A stretch of 32,000 nt of DNA. It comes from Planctopirus limnophila DSM 3776. Its GTDB lineage: Bacteria; Planctomycetota; Planctomycetia; Planctomycetales; Planctomycetaceae. The position numbers and the translations under genes are program-made. A model generated the notes under the pieces. That model was not told the DNA's origin. It searched no databases and saw only the letters and a program-made list of their open reading frames with translations. Positions 23,322 through 29,959 of this stretch are shown here, piece after piece (the first letter of the stretch is position 1; each line of letters starts with the position of its first letter). Location: assembly GCF_000092105.1 (NCBI RefSeq), contig NC_014148.1, positions 3,930,001-3,962,000 of the forward strand, given 5' to 3'.

Positions 23322-24986
23322 ATGACTCAAACCTTCTCGATTCTTCCCGAAAGCGCGCCCTTCACGGAAGAGCAGCGCGCCTGGCTGAATGGTTTCCTGG
23401 CAGGATGGATCGGACTGCAATCAACAGGCACAACGCCGGGTTGCTCGCCTGAAGCAGTTTTGCCATTGGCCGATTCACCGGAAAGTGAACTCTCTACCAC
23501 ACAGAAAGTGGAAGAGGATTTTCCCTGGCACGACCCGGCGCTTCCACTCGACGAGCGGTTGCGGCTGGCCGAAGGAAAACCATTACAACGGCTGATGATG
23601 GCAGCGATGGCACAGCTCGATTGTGGCACTTGCGGTTACAACTGTCAGCGTTATGCCGAGGCCATCATCAGCGGAGAGGAGAAGAGTCTCAAACTTTGCA
23701 CCCCCGGAGGGAAAGAGACCGCGAAAGTCCTCAAGGAGTTGTTCACCAGGCCTACCGAATCAGGGACCAACAGTCATACGAACGGTCATGCCAATGGGAA
23801 CACGTCCGGCGGGAAGGTGGCCCACGAAATCCTCGACGCTCTAACAGGTCATTCGGCCAAAGGACAATCGGTCTGGAATCGGCAGAACCCGTACCAAGCC
23901 CCATTACGTCTTGTACGGGAACTTAATGGCGAAGGTTCCGACAAGCGAACCTCCCATGTCGAAATTGACCTTACAGGGAGCGGCTTGACCTATCGTGTCG
24001 GCGATTCGTTAGGAGTCTATCCGTCCAATTGCCCGGAGCTGGTTTCTAAAGTGGTTCAGGCTGTTGGTGCAAAAGGAGACGAAATGGCGGTCGTCGACGA
24101 ACAGACGCTGCCGCTCTCGACTGCGCTGGCGGAAAAATTCTGTCTTTCAGAAATCACCGATGAATTGATCGAGCGATTGCTGGCTGTCACATGGGAACCC
24201 GAGCATCAGGAATGGCTCCGGCAAGTGATCGCCGAGAGCGACCTGATCGATGGCTGGGATGTTCTCGAACTACTCACGCGGATCTCTCCGTCGCAATTAC
24301 GACCGGCGGAGTTGCTCGCGGTCCTCTCGCCCTTGAAGCCAAGACTCTATTCCATCAGCAGCTCACTGAAGGCCTGCCCCGACCAGGTTCACTTGACCGT
24401 GGGACGTGTCGCATGGGAGTTTCAAGGTCGTGAGCGCAAGGGGGTCGCTTCGACAATGTTCGCCGATCGTCTGAAACCCGGCAGTCGCGTGCGGGTGTTC
24501 ATACAACCATCGCATGGATTTACGCTTCCAGAAAATCCAGAGACGCCTGTGATCATGATTGGGCCAGGGACAGGAATCGCCCCCTTTCGTGCATTTCTGC
24601 AGGAACGCCGGGTGACATGTGCTCCGGGGAAAAACTGGCTCTTCTTTGGTGATCAACGGGCAACGACCGATTTTCTGTATCGTGAAGAACTTGAAGAACT
24701 ACAGAAGTGTAACCTGTTAACACGGCTTGACTGCGCCTTCAGCCGCGACCAGGAGGAGAAGATCTACGTCCAACACCGAATGCTCGAGCAGGGAGACGAA
24801 CTCTGGAAGTGGCTCCAAGATGGGGCTCACATCTACGTGTGTGGAGACGCTAAGCGGATGGCTGTAGATGTTGATCAGACACTTCGCCAGATTATTGGTC
24901 AGTATGGTATGCTTAGTGAGGAAGAGACAGGAGATTTTGTGGCCAACATGATCCAGTGTCAACGATACTGTCGTGACGTCTACTAG
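23322..24986 (+). CDS. CysJ-like FAD/NAD(P)H ferredoxin-reductase-type flavoprotein with a Cys-rich N-terminal domain (no flavodoxin/FMN domain recognised)
   Basis: ATG at 23322; the track opens at TTG 23307. FNR-module motifs RLYSISSS, GPGTGIAPFRAF, YVCGDAKRMAVDV and the C-terminal RYCRDVY match CysJ/CPR-type reductases. The N-terminal ~185 aa instead contain APFTEEQRAWLNGFLAGW and a CGTCGYNC...C cysteine cluster. Confidence 0.8.
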   Translation: MTQTFSILPESAPFTEEQRAWLNGFLAGWIGLQSTGTTPGCSPEAVLPLADSPESELSTTQKVEEDFPWHDPALPLDERLRLAEGKPLQRLMMAAMAQLDCGTCGYNCQRYAEAIISGEEKSLKLCTPGGKETAKVLKELFTRPTESGTNSHTNGHANGNTSGGKVAHEILDALTGHSAKGQSVWNRQNPYQAPLRLVRELNGEGSDKRTSHVEIDLTGSGLTYRVGDSLGVYPSNCPELVSKVVQAVGAKGDEMAVVDEQTLPLSTALAEKFCLSEITDELIERLLAVTWEPEHQEWLRQVIAESDLIDGWDVLELLTRISPSQLRPAELLAVLSPLKPRLYSISSSLKACPDQVHLTVGRVAWEFQGRERKGVASTMFADRLKPGSRVRVFIQPSHGFTLPENPETPVIMIGPGTGIAPFRAFLQERRVTCAPGKNWLFFGDQRATTDFLYREELEELQKCNLLTRLDCAFSRDQEEKIYVQHRMLEQGDELWKWLQDGAHIYVCGDAKRMAVDVDQTLRQIIGQYGMLSEEETGDFVANMIQCQRYCRDVY

Positions 24987-24999
24987 AACCTTTGCACAC

Positions 25000-25242
25000 T
25001 CAGAATTGATCGGTTAAGAGGGATGCGAGCCAGAGGAAGCCTGCGAAGTTCGCGGCTTTCTTATCATAACGGGTGGCGATGCGGCGAAAGCGTTTCAGGG
25101 CTCCGAAGAACCTCTCGATCACATTCCGATGCCGGTAGCTCTCCTTGACGCACCGCTTTCTTGCCTTGCGGTTGGCCTTCGGTTTGATGCAGGCTTTCGC
25201 CCACATCCGCTTCACACGCAGCCGGATCGCGTAGGTGCCCAA
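25000..25242 (-). pseudogene. IS5-family (IS427-like) transposase, C-terminal fragment
   Basis: ...CIKPKANRKARKRCVKESYRHRNVIERFFGALKRFRRIATRYDKKAANFAGFLWLASLL is the conserved YxxRNxIERFFxxLKxFRRIATRYDK C-terminus. Only about 80 codons remain, and it abuts copy B at 25243/25245. Confidence 0.7.
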
Positions 25243-25244
25243 AA

Positions 25245-25493
25245 ATGCTGTTCTCCGACGTAGGCAATGACAGTGAAGCCGCTCGTCAGATACCCCTGGC
25301 TCGTGGCATCATCCCCCACATTCGCCGCAGAAACACCGCTCATGGAAGTGCACTGGGAAAAACTCCGGAAAGTAACAATACAGAGGTGGTGGAACGCACC
25401 ATCAGTTGGCTGGCAGGCCGTGGCCGCTTCCATGTTCGCTACGACCGCCATCAGCAGATCATCCCACCTGACCCACGCAGCCCACTGTTTTGA
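25245..25493 (+). pseudogene. IS5-family DDE transposase fragment (copy B, related to 11989..12409)
   Basis: ...SDVGNDSEAARQIPLARGIIPHIRRRNTAHGSALGKTP...VERTISWLAGRGRFHVRYDRHQQII. In a hand alignment against copy A, 68 of 84 checked nucleotide positions were identical. It is truncated at both ends. Confidence 0.7.
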
Positions 25494-25682
25494 CGTACTG
25501 GGGAGGCGGGTAGCACGCCTGACAAAGGAATTCTTACCAGCTTCCAAAGTGAACACACGCGGGCCAAAACAGTCTCAGAACCTGAGAACTGATGGAACGT
25601 TCATACAGAAAATGCTCTAATGGCTGTTTGGTCCATGAGTGTGGTTAGGGATCACTTCCTGATCTTATGGAAGGAATCAGCG

Positions 25683-25952
25683 ATGTACATTGTTTTAGAT
25701 CTTGATCTGAGAGTCGTGCATCCCACTGCCAGCCAAGAAAAATTTCGCCAGTATCTTTCGGAAGAAGGGTGGACGCCGAGCCCACGAATCCCTCGATGGT
25801 ACAAAGTTCTCAAAAAGAATCGTCTACCCGTTACTGCCATTATAAGAGCACGAACGGAAGTCAGTATGCTGGCATCGGCGGCAGGCGTTGTCAGCTACCA
25901 AGCGACGGTGCATACCAATGACATTGCGAGAATGTCATGGAAGGAAGGGTGA
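25683..25952 (+). CDS. hypothetical protein (89 aa)
   Basis: ATG at 25683 preceded by AAGGA (25671-25675): MYIVLDLDLRVVHPTASQEKFRQYLSEEGWTPSPRIPRWYKVLKKNRLP... No family recognised. Confidence 0.35.
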   Translation: MYIVLDLDLRVVHPTASQEKFRQYLSEEGWTPSPRIPRWYKVLKKNRLPVTAIIRARTEVSMLASAAGVVSYQATVHTNDIARMSWKEG

Positions 25953-26143
25953 ATTCAACCCCTCATCGATCACACAATCTCTATTCCACCCGGAACATTT
26001 CATCGGTCAACCATATTGTGATCTATGGCAATCGTGTCCATCGACACAATCGACCCTTCGAGTCACTGCTTTTCTCCGGATGGCTCAAGCGTTGTTTTTG
26101 AGTAGCAGAGTAATCCTGAATCGATCGACCTGTTGAGCGATTC

Positions 26144-27376
26144 TCAATCTGCCGAGGGAATCAACAATTCTGAGCTGTAAGGCTCATTTGTCAGCATCGC
26201 TGCAACATCAAAAGGTGTCAGTTGAGGTGCCCCCATCAACAACTGTTTGGGGATCATGACCTGGAATCCTGCGAAAACGCCTGGTGCTGGATGCACCGTG
26301 TCAAGTTTGACTCCAAGCTCAGCAGCCATCAGGTAGATGGGGAGGAGATCCATGGAGTGATCGCTGGAGTCGGAAATGAAGGCATCCACAGCGGCAAACA
26401 AAGGTAGTGATTGGTCGACAGTCCATATCTTTTCACGAGCAATCATGGTCAGTATTAAATAGGCAGTGTCGTGATTTTTCACACTCAACTGAATGGCAAT
26501 ATCGTCTCCATCGAGATTGGAGATTCGCCCCAACAGGAGCGAAATTATTGCTACCAGCCTTGTCAAATCACTGACCACTTTGACTCCGGGTGTGATATCA
26601 CTCGACAAAACGCTAACACCTTCCGGAGACTCCATTTGCTCAAATCGATGAATCGACTCATAGAAGACAGCATTCAGATCCAATTCCTGGATCGACACAG
26701 GATCTGTGGGGGTGACTCGATGGATCATACGTGCTAATCGAGTCAGGAATTCGTATTCCGCCGCCCCTTTGTCATTTGTGACGAGCGAATGATTACGAGA
26801 GGCCTGATTCTCCCGCAGCTTCTTTGCAGCTTGCGAATAATCCCAAAGCCCATGCAAAGCCTGAGGATTCCAACGCTCTGCTGCCGCACAAAACCCCAGC
26901 AGTCCTCGCATGGAGTCACTGTGAGATAACTGTTGCCAGATGAAAGCCTTCTGAGCCAGCAATTCATCGTGGCTGACGCGCAGTTGGTAAAGATCGAGAG
27001 CCTGCCTGAGCAATATTCTGAGTGAGTCGAAATCCCAAGGTTTTGTCACATATTGATAGGCACCTCCGGTATTCACCGCAGCAATCGCACTGGGTAAGTC
27101 TGAGTACGCAGTTGTCAAGATCCGCACGGTCAAAGGGTGCTGTTTACGAGAGTAGTCCAGAAGGTCAACTCCCTGTTCACCCGGCATCCTCTGGTCTGAT
27201 AACAGGACTCCGATGGGAGCCTCCGAGTTATCCAGTATCTGTCTCGCATCCGCAGCATTCTGAGCTGTGACAATCGAGAATTCATCGTTGAAAACGCGGT
27301 CGAAATACTTGAGCGCAGGAGCCTCGTCGTCGACATAAAGCACACGCGGTGAACTGGCGGGAGTATTAAGCGACAT
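26144..27376 (-). CDS. response regulator with REC domain and a degenerate histidine-kinase-like (DHp plus CA-like) output domain; PhcR-like architecture
   Basis: REC: RVLYVDDEAPALKYF...VLLSDQRMPGEQGVDLL...ILTTAYSD...YVTKPW. Downstream there is an H-box-like QQLSHSDSMRGLL, an N-box-like LVAIISLLLGRISNL and a G2-like MAAELGVKL, without the glycine-rich G1/G2 boxes. The start overlaps the kinase stop by 11 nt. Confidence 0.8.
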   Translation of the reverse strand: MSLNTPASSPRVLYVDDEAPALKYFDRVFNDEFSIVTAQNAADARQILDNSEAPIGVLLSDQRMPGEQGVDLLDYSRKQHPLTVRILTTAYSDLPSAIAAVNTGGAYQYVTKPWDFDSLRILLRQALDLYQLRVSHDELLAQKAFIWQQLSHSDSMRGLLGFCAAAERWNPQALHGLWDYSQAAKKLRENQASRNHSLVTNDKGAAEYEFLTRLARMIHRVTPTDPVSIQELDLNAVFYESIHRFEQMESPEGVSVLSSDITPGVKVVSDLTRLVAIISLLLGRISNLDGDDIAIQLSVKNHDTAYLILTMIAREKIWTVDQSLPLFAAVDAFISDSSDHSMDLLPIYLMAAELGVKLDTVHPAPGVFAGFQVMIPKQLLMGAPQLTPFDVAAMLTNEPYSSELLIPSAD

Positions 27377-29957
27377 TGGCTGTTTCCATCTTTACGGAAG
27401 GAAGGGAGAACGTGAATTCGGTGAACACTCCAGGTTGACTATCAACCTCGATGCTCGATTCGTATTGATTCAAGATCGTGTGACAAACGGAGAGCCCCAG
27501 GCCGGTCCCTTTACCGACATCTTTTGTCGTAAAAAACGGTTCGAACAATCGTGAGCGAACCTGGCTTGATATGCCGACGCCGTTATCGCGAACTTTGATG
27601 AGAATTCGTGATTCTTGTTCTGCAGCCACGATTTTAATGACGCCACCTTTATCTCCATGACGTTCGACAACCGCATGGGCTGCGTTTGTCAAAAGATTTA
27701 CAAAAACCTGTACGACATGGCTTTCAACAATCATGGCCTCGATTTCATCTGGAACATCGATCATGACTTCGCACTGATTCAACTCGTGCGAGACAAAACG
27801 CCTCGCCATTTCCACCACTCTTGAAAGTGCGACCGGACGACGAGGTGGAGCAGCATCCGGGTGAGCAAATGTTCGCAAATCGCGAGTAATATCTCCAATC
27901 CGATTCAGGCTGCTGGTAGCATCATCAAGTGATTCATCAACCAATGCGATGCTTGAAGTCGTTGGACTGCGAGTTTTCATAACATTCTTGGCATAGGCAA
28001 TCGCCATCTGGGCATGATTGACAGGGTTGTTAAATTCATGTAATAACCCGGCAGCTAAACTACCTATCGCGTTCATTTTCTCCGATTGAATGAGTCGAGC
28101 TTCGACTTTTTGCCGCTCTATAATTGCCTGTTCGAGTTCGATCGATCGCTGGCGCAGACTGCTTTGCAGAGTTGCCGCTGCAATCAGATTTCGGCATCGA
28201 GTCGTTAACTCGGTAGGGCTGAATGGTTTAGTGAGGAAGTCATCGACCCCGGCTTCGAGCATCTTGATTTTGAACGAGTCGTCGACACGAGCCGTTAGAA
28301 CGAGAACTTTTGTGTCTTTAGCCGCTTCTGACGTCCGTATTGATTCCGCAACTTCAAGACCCGTTTTGCCAGGCATCATCGCATCGAGAATGAGTAAATC
28401 TGGCTTCTTCGTTTCGACCGCTGACACGGCCTCAATCCCATCCCGGCAAACAATCACGTTCCCAAGAACGTCGAGAATGCGAGACAGGCAAAGCCGCATA
28501 TCAGCATCGTCATCTGCGAGTACAATGGTGGCGGTTGATACTTCCTTGCTGGGCTGACGATCATTCTGAGAACTTTGCTGGCGAACTGAGGCGAGTGCAG
28601 CAGCACGTCGTAAGTCTGCCCAACTGTCAAATTCTGGCTCTCCAGCAATTTTGGGGGGTGCGTGTACGACCGGAAACTGAACTGTGACAGTCGTGCCTTT
28701 TCCCGGCTGGCTTTCTAAAAGGAGTTCTCCATTGTGAGCTGTTGTAATCTCACGCACGAGCGAAAGCCCTAAACCTAAGCCCTGATATTTTCGAGATTCT
28801 GAGTTATCTACCTGGACGAATCTCTGTCCGAGTGATGGAAGGTCGGAGGCTTCCATCCCAATCCCGGAATCGCAGACACGAAGAGTCGTCCATTGGGAAT
28901 CAGCGGCAGCAGATACCGAAACAGAGCCACCCTCCGGTGTGAATTTGATGCCATTCGAAAGAAGATTCAAAATCACTCGCTCAAGGAGGTATTCGTTTGC
29001 ATCAATTTCTACATCGTCTTCAGGAAGATCCAGACTCAATAAGACGCCCTTACCACGGGCCAGCGGCTGTGCTGATTCGACCAGAGTTTTCAATTGATGG
29101 GAAAGACAATAGCGGTTCTTGATGACTGCATGTGTCGATTGATCGAAACGAACAAGCTCCAAAAGATCATTAATCAACCCAAGCAGTCTCAGGCCACCCT
29201 GCTGTATGAGTCTGAGAGCGTCTCTGACTGTCGGCGCCAGGCGTTCTGCTGGCCATGCGAGCATTTCCTCGACGGGTGCCATAATGAGAGTGAGTGGAGT
29301 TCGAAGTTCATGGCTGATGTTTGCAAAAAATCGCCCCTTCATCTCGTCAGCAGCTGTCAATTCTGAATTGCGTACTTCCAGGTCGTGTCGAAGATCAAAT
29401 TCTCGTCGTCTTGCTTGAGAGAAAATATGGCAGGCCGTTGCACAAATAATGGATGTCATGGCAATGAACGTCGAGTTCATGACGAGTGCATCGATTCGCA
29501 AGGGAATTCGACTATGTGCAATACAGGCAATGAGATACATCCCCAGAACACCAGAGCAGAATGCGAGAGCCTGCCATGCGTTGTAGGGGAGCAATACACA
29601 GGTGCCCAGGATCGTCAGATTTAGGCCCGCATAAAATGGTGATACAGAACCTTCAGTGACATAAAGCATCCAGGCGATCGCGGCAGTTGGAGAATAGGCC
29701 CAGATGGTACTCATGAGGCCGACGTGTACCTTATCGGGAATGATAAATAGCGTTGCTAAAACGACACCAACAACAATTTCGCATACGATTCTCGCCCATA
29801 GAATCGAATAAAAGGCTTCAGGATAGCCTGCCAAGTCAAGGAGAATCCCCGCAGGGATCAACGTCAATGTGAGAACGCAACCAATGCGCGTACGGCGTAG
29901 CCAAAGGTCACGCTGAAGTCGTTCGAAATCGAGATCAAGTTCTGAGGAAGTGGACAT
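27366..29957 (-). CDS. membrane hybrid sensor kinase with two complete transmitter modules (TM region, HisKA-HATPase, REC, HisKA-HATPase)
   Basis: 863 aa with about 6 N-terminal TM helices. The first transmitter has the H-box FFANISHELRTPLTLI plus LLSNGIKFTPEGG...DSGIGM...GLGLGLSLV. The REC domain reads IVLADDDADM...LLILDAMMPGKTG...FLTKPF. After a coiled coil, the second transmitter has the H-box LAAGLLHEFNNPVNHA plus NLLTNAAHAV...DNGVGI...FFTTK...GTGLGLSV. Confidence 0.85.
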   Translation of the reverse strand: MSTSSELDLDFERLQRDLWLRRTRIGCVLTLTLIPAGILLDLAGYPEAFYSILWARIVCEIVVGVVLATLFIIPDKVHVGLMSTIWAYSPTAAIAWMLYVTEGSVSPFYAGLNLTILGTCVLLPYNAWQALAFCSGVLGMYLIACIAHSRIPLRIDALVMNSTFIAMTSIICATACHIFSQARRREFDLRHDLEVRNSELTAADEMKGRFFANISHELRTPLTLIMAPVEEMLAWPAERLAPTVRDALRLIQQGGLRLLGLINDLLELVRFDQSTHAVIKNRYCLSHQLKTLVESAQPLARGKGVLLSLDLPEDDVEIDANEYLLERVILNLLSNGIKFTPEGGSVSVSAAADSQWTTLRVCDSGIGMEASDLPSLGQRFVQVDNSESRKYQGLGLGLSLVREITTAHNGELLLESQPGKGTTVTVQFPVVHAPPKIAGEPEFDSWADLRRAAALASVRQQSSQNDRQPSKEVSTATIVLADDDADMRLCLSRILDVLGNVIVCRDGIEAVSAVETKKPDLLILDAMMPGKTGLEVAESIRTSEAAKDTKVLVLTARVDDSFKIKMLEAGVDDFLTKPFSPTELTTRCRNLIAAATLQSSLRQRSIELEQAIIERQKVEARLIQSEKMNAIGSLAAGLLHEFNNPVNHAQMAIAYAKNVMKTRSPTTSSIALVDESLDDATSSLNRIGDITRDLRTFAHPDAAPPRRPVALSRVVEMARRFVSHELNQCEVMIDVPDEIEAMIVESHVVQVFVNLLTNAAHAVVERHGDKGGVIKIVAAEQESRILIKVRDNGVGISSQVRSRLFEPFFTTKDVGKGTGLGLSVCHTILNQYESSIEVDSQPGVFTEFTFSLPSVKMETANVA

Positions 29958-29959
29958 TT

